The notes below the pieces were generated by a model. It saw only the letters and a program-made list of their open reading frames with translations. It was not told where the DNA came from and did not search any database. 64,000 nt of DNA, taken from positions 76,654 to 140,653 of the forward strand of contig JBJLGX010000020.1 in assembly GCA_045564655.1 (NCBI GenBank). Direction: 5' to 3'. Positions within the stretch are counted from its first letter, which is position 1. Each line of letters begins with the position of its first letter. A program made the translations under genes and the position numbers. Below are positions 10,003-19,552 of the stretch, one piece after another. The stretch is from Dehalococcoidia bacterium. GTDB taxonomy: Bacteria > Chloroflexota > Dehalococcoidia > Lucifugimonadales > UBA826.

Positions 10003-10644
10003 TTAGAACCTCAATATATTTTTTAAATTTTTCATATTGGAAATTGGAATAACATTTTTATGATTTACAGTTTGCTTAGATAAACTATTTTCTGGGATGT
10101 AGTGTATAGCTTTCATTCCAGCTGCAATAGCTGCCTTGATGCCATTTAGAGAATCTTCAATAACTAGGCATTTTTCTGGAGGAACATTTAAGGTATTTGA
10201 TGCTAAAAGGAAAATGTCGGGTGAAGGCTTGCCGTTTTCTACATCAGACGCACTAAATATATGGTCTTCGAATCTTTCTAACAAACCTGTTAATCCTAAT
10301 GTTTTTCTGATTTTTTCATGAGGACCACTGGAAGCCACACAAATTTTTTGGTTAATGGCATCTAGCACATCTTTAATTCCATCAATTGGGTTAAGTGATT
10401 TTTCGAATTCAGCAAACATTCTCGTCATATATATATTTGTTAAGTCTACTTCAATTTTGGAACCTAACATGCCTTCGATGATTTTTAAGCAATCATTCCA
10501 AGATTTCCCCAAAAATAATGTTAACGACTCCTCAAATGTAATAAATATTCCTATTTCATTTAACACTTCAATTAATGTTTTATTTGCAATAGGTTCACTG
10601 TCAACTAAGACCCCGTCGCAGTCAAAAATAATTAATTCTGGCAT
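10003..10644 (-). CDS. HAD-superfamily hydrolase (beta-phosphoglucomutase/phosphatase subfamily IA)
   Basis: Motif I IIFDCDGVLVDSE, motif II ASSG, motif IV EDSLNGIKAA. Confidence 0.8.
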   Translation of the reverse strand: MPELIIFDCDGVLVDSEPIANKTLIEVLNEIGIFITFEESLTLFLGKSWNDCLKIIEGMLGSKIEVDLTNIYMTRMFAEFEKSLNPIDGIKDVLDAINQKICVASSGPHEKIRKTLGLTGLLERFEDHIFSASDVENGKPSPDIFLLASNTLNVPPEKCLVIEDSLNGIKAAIAAGMKAIHYIPENSLSKQTVNHKNVIPISNMKNLKNILRF

Positions 10645-10726
10645 GATTCAAAACCCTATGAAAAGTAATCACTAGTAATGATACCAACTTTATTGTTTTT
10701 TATCTGTATTATAAATGATGGAATAT

Positions 10727-10760
10727 AAAAGTTGACACGCTACGAATCAACTTTTATACT
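10727..10760 (+). promoter_or_regulatory. Sigma-70-type promoter overlapped by a 9-bp inverted repeat (candidate HspR operator)
   Basis: -35 TTGACA (10732-10737), 17-nt spacer, -10 TATACT (10755-10760). The inverted repeat is AAAAGTTGA (10727-10735) - N11 - TCAACTTTT (10747-10755). Confidence 0.6.
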
Positions 10761-10804
10761 TTGTTTAACATATTGTTAATGAAATTAAAAAAAGGTTATG
10801 TAGA

Positions 10805-11143
10805 TTGTTAGGTGATGGGTTATACGTAATAAGCGTTGCCGCACGATTATTGGAGATGCATCCTCAAACTCTTCGGAAATATGAAAGAGTAGGACTGGTT
10901 ATGCCTTCGAGGACAGTCGGAATGCTTCGCTTGTACTCTGAGGAAGATATAGTTCGATTGAGGCTCATAAAGCACTTGATAGGTGACCTAGGGCTAAATT
11001 TATCTGGGGTAGAGTTAGCATTAGGAATGTTCAATCAAATGTTAAAGATGCAATCTACGCTTAATCAACTTGAGACTAATGATGTGAAAATTTATTTAGA
11101 GGATTGTTTAGACAAAATGTTCGAAATGTTGATGGTCGAGTAG
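10805..11143 (+). CDS. hspR: MerR-family heat-shock repressor HspR
   Basis: MerR HTH (YVISVAARLLEMHPQTLRKYERVGL) lying directly upstream of grpE-dnaK. TTG start. Confidence 0.75.
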   Translation: MLGDGLYVISVAARLLEMHPQTLRKYERVGLVMPSRTVGMLRLYSEEDIVRLRLIKHLIGDLGLNLSGVELALGMFNQMLKMQSTLNQLETNDVKIYLEDCLDKMFEMLMVE

Positions 11144-11167
11144 CGTATTTTTTGGAGATTAATATCA

Positions 11168-11767
11168 GTGGATGAAGAAATAAAAGAAAACCAGGAAAAC
11201 CAAGAGGTATCTGAATTTACAGACATCGATAACAACGAATCTGAGATTGATGATATGTCTGCTGGTCAGAATTTAGAGAATGTTCTGAAAGAGAAAGAAA
11301 GATTTCAGTCTATAGCTCAAAGAGCTCAAGCAGATTTAGTAAATTATAGAAGCCGAGTTATTCAAGAACAAGAAGAGATCAGAAGAACAGTAAAGTTTGG
11401 ATTGCTTAGCAGATTTATCGGAATAATGGATGATTTAGAGAGAGCTGTTAATGAAATGCCAGACAATATTGATAAAGGGTGGGGAGATGGTGTTTTGTTA
11501 GTTTTACGTAATCTAGAGAATGCACTAGATATTGAAGGAGTTAAAAAAGTTGAAGCTTTAGGTGAATTATTTGACCCACATAAACATGAAGCATTGCTAT
11601 ATGAGAAAACTACTCAATCTCCTGAAGGTACAATTTTAAATGTCATACAGAATGGATACACATTAAATGACAAGATTCTTAGGCCAGCTCGAGTTATAGT
11701 GGCTCAAGAAGATAGTGAAAATCCCAAAATAGAAAATAATAAAGATTCTGAAAACGATTCAGATTAA
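11168..11767 (+). CDS. grpE: Nucleotide exchange factor GrpE
   Basis: GrpE core ([11 protein letters not shown]…LENALD..GV..V…GE.FDP..HEA) with acidic N- and C-terminal tails. GTG start. Confidence 0.9.
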   Translation: MDEEIKENQENQEVSEFTDIDNNESEIDDMSAGQNLENVLKEKERFQSIAQRAQADLVNYRSRVIQEQEEIRRTVKFGLLSRFIGIMDDLERAVNEMPDNIDKGWGDGVLLVLRNLENALDIEGVKKVEALGELFDPHKHEALLYEKTTQSPEGTILNVIQNGYTLNDKILRPARVIVAQEDSENPKIENNKDSENDSD

Positions 11768-11784
11768 TTAATAGGAGGACGAAA

Positions 11785-13707
11785 ATGCCGAAAATTCTCG
11801 GTATTGATTTAGGAACAACAAATTCATGTATGGCGATTATAGAAGGTGGTGAACCACGAGTAATTGAGAATTCTGAAGGAACGAGGACAACACCATCTGT
11901 GGTAGGAATTAATCCTAGGTCTGATGAAAGATATGTTGGCACGACAGCCAAAAGACAAGCAGTTACAAATCCTGATAATACTATATTCTCTGCAAAGAGA
12001 TTTATGGGTATGAAATCAGATGACGATTCTGTTAAAAGAAATAAGTCATTGGTTCCTTATAAAGTAATTAAACATAATAATGGCGATGCTCATGTTGAGA
12101 TGGGAGGTAAGTCATACGCTCCACCAGAAATATCTGCAATGATTCTACAAAAGATGAAACAAGATGCAGAGTCAAAATTAGGAGAATCTATTGACCAAGC
12201 CGTTATTACAGTTCCTGCCTACTTTAATGATAGTCAAAGGAACGCAACTAGAGATGCGGGAAAAATTGCTGGGTTGGAAGTACTTAGAATTATTAATGAA
12301 CCAACAGCCGCTGCGTTAGCTTACGGCTTAGATAATGATAGGGATCAAACAATAGCAGTTTTTGACTTAGGTGGAGGAACATTTGACGTAACAATCTTAC
12401 AAATGGGAGATGGGGTGTTTGAAGTTAAGGCAACTAATGGAGACACTCACTTGGGGGGAGATGATTTTGATCAAGCGATAATAGATTGGATTTGTGATAA
12501 ATTCAAACAAGATCAAGGGATTGATTTAAAAAGTGATCGCATGGCTCTCCAAAGATTAAGAGAATCAGCAGAAAGAGCTAAAATTGAACTTTCAACCTTA
12601 ATGCAAACTGAGATCAATTTACCCTTTATAACTGCTGATGCCTCAGGACCCAAGCATTTAGTTGAAACTTTGCAAAGATCTACTATGGAACAATTAGTAT
12701 CTGATCTCGTGAAAAAGACCATTGACCCATGTAAATTAGCTATGACAGATGCGGGAATATCTGTTAAAGATATTGATGAAGTTATATTGGTAGGGGGGAT
12801 GACTAGGATGCCATCTGTGCAAAAAGCTGTTGAAGAATATTTTGCAAGAGAGTCCCACCAAGGTGTCAACCCAGATGAGGTAGTTGCTGTTGGGGCAGCG
12901 ATACAAGCAGGAGTATTGCAAGGTGATGTTCAAGATATACTTTTACTTGATGTTACTCCTTTAACATTAGGAATAGAGACATTAGGGGGAGTTACAACTC
13001 CATTAATACAAAGAAATACAACTATTCCTACTTCTAAAAGTGAGACATTCACAACTGCGTCTGACAATCAACCTTCTGTAGAAGTTCATGTTTTACAGGG
13101 AGAAAGGCCAATGTCTTCAGAAAATAAAACCATTGGAAGATTTAATTTAGATGGAATTTTACCTGCTCCTCGTGGTGTGCCTCAGGTTGAAGTCACATTT
13201 GATATTGATGCTAATGGAATACTTAATGTTTCTGCTAAAGATACAGGCACAGGAAAAGAACAAAGTATAACGATAACCGCTAGTTCTGGATTGTCGCAAG
13301 ATGAAATTGACCGAATGGTTGATGAGGCTGAACAATATGCAGATGAAGATGCACAAAAAAAACAACAGATTGAAGTAAGGAATTCTGCTGAGAGCGCTGT
13401 ATATACTTCTGAGAAAATGATAAAAGATAATGAAGAACAGATTTCTGATGAGATTAAAACTGAGATTAATGCTAAGGTCAGTTTACTTAAGACTTCTTTG
13501 GAAGGGGATGATATTTCAGTAATTGAAAGCACTCTTCAAGAATTACAAGAAACAATACAAAAAGTTGGAGCTGAAGTTTACGCAAACTCACAACAAGCCC
13601 CAACACCTGAAACAGACCCTGGAGTAGACACTCAAGCTGAAGATGAGAATACTGTTGAAGGTAATTTTAGAGATATAGAAGAAGATGAGGATAAAAAAGA
13701 CGAATAG
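11785..13707 (+). CDS. dnaK: Molecular chaperone DnaK (Hsp70)
   Basis: Hsp70 signatures [28 protein letters not shown]. No dnaJ follows in this window. Confidence 0.97.
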   Translation: MPKILGIDLGTTNSCMAIIEGGEPRVIENSEGTRTTPSVVGINPRSDERYVGTTAKRQAVTNPDNTIFSAKRFMGMKSDDDSVKRNKSLVPYKVIKHNNGDAHVEMGGKSYAPPEISAMILQKMKQDAESKLGESIDQAVITVPAYFNDSQRNATRDAGKIAGLEVLRIINEPTAAALAYGLDNDRDQTIAVFDLGGGTFDVTILQMGDGVFEVKATNGDTHLGGDDFDQAIIDWICDKFKQDQGIDLKSDRMALQRLRESAERAKIELSTLMQTEINLPFITADASGPKHLVETLQRSTMEQLVSDLVKKTIDPCKLAMTDAGISVKDIDEVILVGGMTRMPSVQKAVEEYFARESHQGVNPDEVVAVGAAIQAGVLQGDVQDILLLDVTPLTLGIETLGGVTTPLIQRNTTIPTSKSETFTTASDNQPSVEVHVLQGERPMSSENKTIGRFNLDGILPAPRGVPQVEVTFDIDANGILNVSAKDTGTGKEQSITITASSGLSQDEIDRMVDEAEQYADEDAQKKQQIEVRNSAESAVYTSEKMIKDNEEQISDEIKTEINAKVSLLKTSLEGDDISVIESTLQELQETIQKVGAEVYANSQQAPTPETDPGVDTQAEDENTVEGNFRDIEEDEDKKDE

Positions 13708-13719
13708 ATAGATGTTAAA

Positions 13720-13760
13720 TTAAATACATGGAATAGCAATTTGCTATTCCATGTATTTAA
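13720..13760. terminator. 41-nt perfect palindrome, bidirectional terminator between convergent dnaK and the DUF3500 gene
   Basis: TTAAATACATGGAATAGCAA-T-TTGCTATTCCATGTATTTAA, with A/T tracts on both sides. Confidence 0.7.
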
Positions 13761-14735
13761 TTAGATAACATGATAGGCTAACAAATGTTCTCTCAAGATG
13801 TCATATCCAAAATCGTTTTCTACATCTCGCCACACTGAATGAATGTGATTCGCTTGATTTTGATTATTATCAAATTCAACTAGGAAGTTACCGCCATGAA
13901 TTCGATAATAATGTTTTTCCCCTAAGGATTGTCCTCCGCCCCATGCAAAGAATAGATTATCTATTCCGTAATCAGATATTTTTTCTAATTTCACCTTTGA
14001 TAATTCGGTTGGAACCTGACTAACGTATTCTTCTAATAATTTATTTAAGATTGCTTTTTGAGATTTAGACATTTTTGAAACTTTTAAACCCTCTTCTTTT
14101 GGGAGACTTACTCTGCTGCTGTTGTATGTCAATATGTCATAAGGAGCTTCAGGGTAAATAATGGCATTCCTTTTTTGTGATTTATCTAAGGAATTTATTA
14201 ATTCAAATGCGACGTCCTCTCTTTCTTTTAGTATTCTTAATCCAGATTCCGGACCACTTCTAACCTCTGCAGGATTTGATCCAAAGAAAAAAGGAGTCAT
14301 TGAGATGATTTCGTTTCCCCAAATACTAAAATGTATAGAAATATGATGTCCTTCCACGCGCCACCCCCAAGGATCTTTTTGACCTGGGATCCCAAATATT
14401 GTGAAATAATAAAGTTCAGGGTCTCTTTTAAATGTGATTTTGCCAGCTGATTTTTCTATAGGCCCTAAAATACTTTCTAAATGTATTATTTGTTTAGCTT
14501 GCTGGTAAGATTTTTTTGTTAATCCAGTTGATAAAAGTTCAAATGCTAATGATATTTGAGCTTCTTCCATATCTCTTAATGGGAGTCCATGCCTGTTTAA
14601 AGGAGGGTAGTACCAAAATAATCTCTCCCCGTCTAGATAATCAAAAAAAGTTATATCTTTTTGGTTATCAGATAGACTGTTATAGAAGTTTACTCCAGCG
14701 ATAGTCATCTGATGAGCTAAATTTGATTGTGGCAT
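13761..14735 (-). CDS. DUF3500 domain protein
   Basis: Family-like blocks FYFTIFGIPG…WGWRVEGHHISIHF and YRIHGGNFLVEFDN. Confidence 0.6.
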   Translation of the reverse strand: MPQSNLAHQMTIAGVNFYNSLSDNQKDITFFDYLDGERLFWYYPPLNRHGLPLRDMEEAQISLAFELLSTGLTKKSYQQAKQIIHLESILGPIEKSAGKITFKRDPELYYFTIFGIPGQKDPWGWRVEGHHISIHFSIWGNEIISMTPFFFGSNPAEVRSGPESGLRILKEREDVAFELINSLDKSQKRNAIIYPEAPYDILTYNSSRVSLPKEEGLKVSKMSKSQKAILNKLLEEYVSQVPTELSKVKLEKISDYGIDNLFFAWGGGQSLGEKHYYRIHGGNFLVEFDNNQNQANHIHSVWRDVENDFGYDILREHLLAYHVI

Positions 14736-14755
14736 TGTTATATTTCTCTCTCTGT

Positions 14756-15709
14756 TTATGTTATTTTTTGAAGTTTTTGGAAGCTTCGAACTTCTTCTTC
14801 AGGATCATTATTAAGCTTCATGTTGGTACGAGCTACTTCTGATATGAATATGTTTTTCCCTGAGTCTAGGCAAATCCCATGTGGAGCAATAAATTGCCCT
14901 AACTGAGTTCCGTACCCCATATCTCCTAATCTAGATAATATTTGACCTTTTTTATTTAATATACTTACTCTTGGACCTATATTTGGGACATCTCTACTAA
15001 TGGGGGTTCCAAATCCAAGTTCTCCTACGTATATAAGATCGTCATTATCTATAAATATTGCACAAGGTCTATGTAGGTTTGACCAAAATGTCTCAAATAC
15101 ACCATCCTGATCAAATATTTGGATTCGATGATTTTCACGGTCACAAACATATAAATATCCATCTTTGTCGATTGCAATATTGTGTACTATATTAAATTCT
15201 CCTTCATCCGTTCCTGATGTTCCCCAAGAAGTTATTAAATTGCCGTCAGGCGAATATTTATGGATTCTCGAGTTTTTATACCCATCTGTAATAAATATAT
15301 TTCCACTATTTGGATCTGTGGCAGTATGGGTACATCTGTTAAATGGCGTCCCACTAAATGGGGCAGAGGGTTTGTTTGGAGTTCCAATTGTTAATAATAT
15401 TTTTCCATCTAACGTACATTGACGAACTGTATGGTCGCCATCATCAGTACAGTAAATAGTATTATCCGGCCCTAGACTAATCCCATGGGGTCTTGAGAAA
15501 ATATCCTCTCCCCAAGATGAAATGAAATTTCCGTCATTATCAAATACCATTACTGGATGAGGACCTCGATTAAAAACATATATATTGTCATTTTTGTCTG
15601 CTATCGCACCAACGGTTTCATTCCACGAATAACCAGTAGGCATTTTTTCCCACGATTTTATAAATTTATAAGAAAAGTTTCCTGACCCTGTTAATACTAT
15701 GTCTTCCAT
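14756..15709 (-). CDS. NHL-repeat six-bladed beta-propeller protein (peptidyl-alpha-hydroxyglycine lyase-like)
   Basis: Repeated HGI..D..G.IYV.D..NHRIQ.F blades (e.g. YVCDRENHRIQIFDQDG). Confidence 0.65.
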   Translation of the reverse strand: MEDIVLTGSGNFSYKFIKSWEKMPTGYSWNETVGAIADKNDNIYVFNRGPHPVMVFDNDGNFISSWGEDIFSRPHGISLGPDNTIYCTDDGDHTVRQCTLDGKILLTIGTPNKPSAPFSGTPFNRCTHTATDPNSGNIFITDGYKNSRIHKYSPDGNLITSWGTSGTDEGEFNIVHNIAIDKDGYLYVCDRENHRIQIFDQDGVFETFWSNLHRPCAIFIDNDDLIYVGELGFGTPISRDVPNIGPRVSILNKKGQILSRLGDMGYGTQLGQFIAPHGICLDSGKNIFISEVARTNMKLNNDPEEEVRSFQKLQKIT

Positions 15710-15802
15710 GAGTTATCCTTCAGATTAGCTTTTGGTGATTATACTACGGCAGAAATATTGTGTAGTTACTTTATGATATTATTCACGCAATGGAGGTGTT
15801 CA

Positions 15803-16243
15803 ATGACCTTAGAAGGCACAATTAAATCACTTGGTATTGCCGTATCCAAACTTAATCCTATGGACCAGGTCGATAAGATAGAGCTAATAACGGGTCAAGG
15901 TATTATAGGGGATCGCCATTTACGAACAGATGGAACTCGATCTAAGCGTCAAATACTTTTAATGGACATAGAAACTCTAATAGAATTTGGTCTGTCAGAG
16001 AGAGATATCAAAGAAAATATAACAGTACAAGGAATTGATTTTTCTCTAATAAAGTCAGGCAATATCGCTAAAATAGGAAAAGATGTAATTCTAGAAATAT
16101 CTGGTGATTGTGAACCATGTTCAAGAATGGATGAACTTCGTCCTGGTCTAAAAAATGACATAGATGGCCGGAGAGGAATGCTTGCTTACGTTAAATCTGG
16201 TGGGACAATTTCATCAGGAGATATTATAATTATAGAAGACTAA
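15803..16243 (+). CDS. MOSC domain protein
   Basis: GIIGDRH… and CEPCSRMDE motifs. Start moved to ATG 15803, which is preceded by a GGAGG RBS. Confidence 0.7.
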   Translation: MTLEGTIKSLGIAVSKLNPMDQVDKIELITGQGIIGDRHLRTDGTRSKRQILLMDIETLIEFGLSERDIKENITVQGIDFSLIKSGNIAKIGKDVILEISGDCEPCSRMDELRPGLKNDIDGRRGMLAYVKSGGTISSGDIIIIED

Positions 16244-16989
16244 TATGTTGCTCGGCCTCCGCTTATATCAAATACTGCACCAGTACTAAATGAACACTCA
16301 GAAGAGGATAACCAGGCAACTAAAGATGCTATTTCCGATACTTCAGCTGTTCTTCCGATTGGTATTTTCCCAATCATATATTCGATAACTTCAGGAGTGA
16401 ACTCTTCAAGTATTCTTGTTTGTACCACTGCGGGAGTTATGCAATTAGCAACTATACCGGTTCCAGCTAATTCTTTACCCACTGATTTTGTTAATCCTAT
16501 AACAGCTGCTTTTGTTGCAGAATAAGGTACCATCTTAGGGTTTCCTTCTTTTCCCGCTATTGATGCGATATTTACGATTCTTCCATAATCATTTTTCAAC
16601 ATTTCTGGAATAGATTCATGGCAAAATGAAAAAACACCTCTTAGGTTTGTGTTATAAACTCTGTCTAATTCTTCCACATCTAATTCCCATATATTCCCGT
16701 TTGCTCCCCCTATGCCTGCATTATTGACTAATATATCCACTCTATTCCACTTACTTAAAGCAATATTGACCGCGTCTTGAGCAGTTTTGGGTTTGGCTAC
16801 ATCTCCTACAATTGGTTCCACGTCAAAACCTTGTTTAGAAAGGTCGTTTGCTGCTGCGACTACTGCATTTTTATCAAAATCGACGAGTATGATTTTTGAT
16901 CCATCACAGGCAAGTCTTTCAGATATACCATAGCCTATCCCTGTCGCTGATCCTGTAACTATTGCGACTTGGTTGTCTAGATTAGCCAT
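16240..16989 (-). CDS. Short-chain dehydrogenase/reductase (FabG-like)
   Basis: TGSATGIG, NNAG and YSATKAA catalytic motifs. Confidence 0.85.
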   Translation of the reverse strand: MANLDNQVAIVTGSATGIGYGISERLACDGSKIILVDFDKNAVVAAANDLSKQGFDVEPIVGDVAKPKTAQDAVNIALSKWNRVDILVNNAGIGGANGNIWELDVEELDRVYNTNLRGVFSFCHESIPEMLKNDYGRIVNIASIAGKEGNPKMVPYSATKAAVIGLTKSVGKELAGTGIVANCITPAVVQTRILEEFTPEVIEYMIGKIPIGRTAEVSEIASLVAWLSSSECSFSTGAVFDISGGRATY

Positions 16990-17006
16990 TAATAATTCTC
17001 CTTATG

Positions 17007-18443
17007 TTAATCGTCAGATGTTCTGTTGTATTGGTCTTCATATCTTATGATGTCATCTTCTTCAATATAGTCTCCAACCTGAACTTCAATTATTTCTACA
17101 ATTCCATCATTTGGGTTTTCTATTCTGTGTTTTGCATTTTTAGGTATATAAATAGATTCATTTTTCATTAAGGTAGTTTTGTTGTTTCCATTAGTAACGA
17201 TGGGAGCGCCATTTACAACAGTCCAATGTTCTGATCTTTTATTGTGTGACTGCAATGATATAGAACTTTTAGCATTAATAGTTAATTTTTTTACTTGGAA
17301 CCCAGAACCTTCTTCAAGTATCTTATATTCTCCCCAGGGTCTTTTAACCGTATTCTGCTCTTCCTTGATTTTAGGATTCTGGCTTTCTAGAGATTTAACT
17401 AATTCTTTAAGATTGTCATCTTGGTTGAAAGGAGTTACTAATGTAGCGTCTGGGGTTTGAATAATTGCCATGTCTGATATACCTATAACAGCCAAATTAT
17501 TTGATTGACTAATTAAAATAGAATTGGTTACATCTTTAGTATATATGTTTCCTAATGTTCGGTTACCGTATTTATCATGGCTTCCCTGATTCCAGATTTC
17601 TTTCCATGTACCGACATCTGACCATCCGGAATTTATTGGTATAACCCATGAGTTAAATTTCAGATGAACATCTGAGTTGATTTTTTCCATTACAGCATAA
17701 TCTATTGAGATATTGGGACATAAATCTATATATGTTTTATTAGGATAAATGAAAGCTCCTTCTGTATCCGATTTTTTCATTGCGAGTTCACAATTTTCTA
17801 GTATTGAGGGAGCACATTGAGATATTAGAGAAATCCATGTGTCGGCACGCATCATGAATATTCCACTATTCCATAAGTAATTTCTAGAATTGAACATATC
17901 TAAAGCTAGCTCTTTTTTAGGTTTTTCAATAAATTGAATTAATTCTGAAACACCATTTTTCATATTGGAACATTCTATATATCCATAACCTGTTTTAGGT
18001 TCGGTAGGTGATATACCAAAAGTTACTATACTGCCATCTTTTGCTTTGGAGATTCCTTTATTTAAAGAATCTATGAAATCAGATTCATTTTCTATTAAAT
18101 GATCAGCCGGTAAGCAGATCAACAAACTATCCTTAGATACTGATAATGATTTGATGGCGGCTAGGGTTAATGCAGGAGCTGTATTTTTTGGTGTTGGCTC
18201 AAGAATTATTGAACAATCAGATTTATCTATGATATTTAATTGTTCTTGAACTAAAAATTTGTGATTTTTATTAGATACAATTATCGGATCATTTCCGTCT
18301 AGGGTTTTAAGCCTGATGACAGTATTTTGGAATAGTGAATTAGAACCAACTATATTTAGAAATGGCTTAGGAAAATTGTCTCTTGATAAGGGCCATAGGC
18401 GTGTTCCTGAGCCTCCCGCTAGGATTACTGGTTGTATTATCAT
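17007..18443 (-). CDS. manC: Mannose-1-phosphate guanylyltransferase / mannose-6-phosphate isomerase (ManC/CpsB type)
   Basis: N-terminal ILAGGSGTRLWPLSR nucleotidyltransferase domain plus C-terminal cupin (RPWGEY…SLQSHNKRSEHW). Length is about 478 aa. Confidence 0.85.
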   Translation of the reverse strand: MIIQPVILAGGSGTRLWPLSRDNFPKPFLNIVGSNSLFQNTVIRLKTLDGNDPIIVSNKNHKFLVQEQLNIIDKSDCSIILEPTPKNTAPALTLAAIKSLSVSKDSLLICLPADHLIENESDFIDSLNKGISKAKDGSIVTFGISPTEPKTGYGYIECSNMKNGVSELIQFIEKPKKELALDMFNSRNYLWNSGIFMMRADTWISLISQCAPSILENCELAMKKSDTEGAFIYPNKTYIDLCPNISIDYAVMEKINSDVHLKFNSWVIPINSGWSDVGTWKEIWNQGSHDKYGNRTLGNIYTKDVTNSILISQSNNLAVIGISDMAIIQTPDATLVTPFNQDDNLKELVKSLESQNPKIKEEQNTVKRPWGEYKILEEGSGFQVKKLTINAKSSISLQSHNKRSEHWTVVNGAPIVTNGNNKTTLMKNESIYIPKNAKHRIENPNDGIVEIIEVQVGDYIEEDDIIRYEDQYNRTSDD

Positions 18444-18550
18444 AAGGTCCCGTCTTTTTGTATTTTAATAGACATTTGAATGTGATTGGATTATAAATAC
18501 AACCTAGATATCGGTCAATTAATTTTTTGTTTTAGCTAGGAGCATCATAT

Positions 18551-19408
18551 ATGGGTAAGTTGGATGGAAAGAACGTAATAGTTACGGGAGCTAGTCGAGG
18601 GATTGGTCGTGAGATAGCTAAGTTGTTTGCCTCAGAAGGGGGCAATATAATCTGTGTTGCAAGAACGCTCAATGAGGGAGACCACCAATTTGAGGGATCT
18701 TTATCTAGTACAGTGGCAGAAATAAAATCATCTGGAGGGCACGCTATTGCTTCAGCAGTAAATATATCCCAAGAAGAAGAATGTGTAAGGTTATTTGAGG
18801 AAACCCACAGTGCTTTTGGCGAGGTTGATATTTTAGTAAATAATGCTGCTCTTACATATTTTGTTCCAATAAAAGATTATGTTATTAAGCGATGGAAGAG
18901 ATCCTGGGACGTTAATGTTCATGCCCCATTTATACTTAGCCAACTTGCTTTGATGGATATGATTCCTAGGAAGTCTGGCTCTATAATCAATATATCATCT
19001 GGAGCTGCTATTGGGCCTGGTAGGGGTCCATATGATGATGAAGCTTCTCGCATGATAGGCAATACTTGTTATGGTGCAGAAAAAGCTGCTATAGAAAGAT
19101 TTACTCAAGGCCTTGCCGCAGAAGTTTATTCTGATGGGATATCAGTTTCATGTGTTTCGCCATCTCTAGTCGTGGCTACTCCGGGAACTATTTTTCACAA
19201 CTTAGTATCTGATGCAAATGATACTAGAGGGGAACCAATATCTTATATGGCTAAATCTGTTTATATCCTTGCTACAGAACCCCAGGAAAAAATTACTGGT
19301 AAGGTTACGTACAGTCAGGAATTGTTAAATGAATATGGCATACTAGATGAGCCTTCAGGGATTGGAATCAAAGGGTCTCGGCAAGGTACTGGCTATAGCA
19401 TGATCTAA
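18551..19408 (+). CDS. Short-chain dehydrogenase/reductase
   Basis: TGASRGIG, NNAA and YGAEKAA motifs. Confidence 0.8.
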   Translation: MGKLDGKNVIVTGASRGIGREIAKLFASEGGNIICVARTLNEGDHQFEGSLSSTVAEIKSSGGHAIASAVNISQEEECVRLFEETHSAFGEVDILVNNAALTYFVPIKDYVIKRWKRSWDVNVHAPFILSQLALMDMIPRKSGSIINISSGAAIGPGRGPYDDEASRMIGNTCYGAEKAAIERFTQGLAAEVYSDGISVSCVSPSLVVATPGTIFHNLVSDANDTRGEPISYMAKSVYILATEPQEKITGKVTYSQELLNEYGILDEPSGIGIKGSRQGTGYSMI

Positions 19409-19552
19409 AAAAAGACCTTAAAACATATTGCACTTGTTCCGTTGCTTGGGTAGCTTCCTAGGGTAGGTTTTTAATTTAGAGTGTTTTATGTCACTTAAAT
19501 TAAGAGTTACTTATACTTAATTTAGTCTTACTGATATATACATAAAGTTTGG

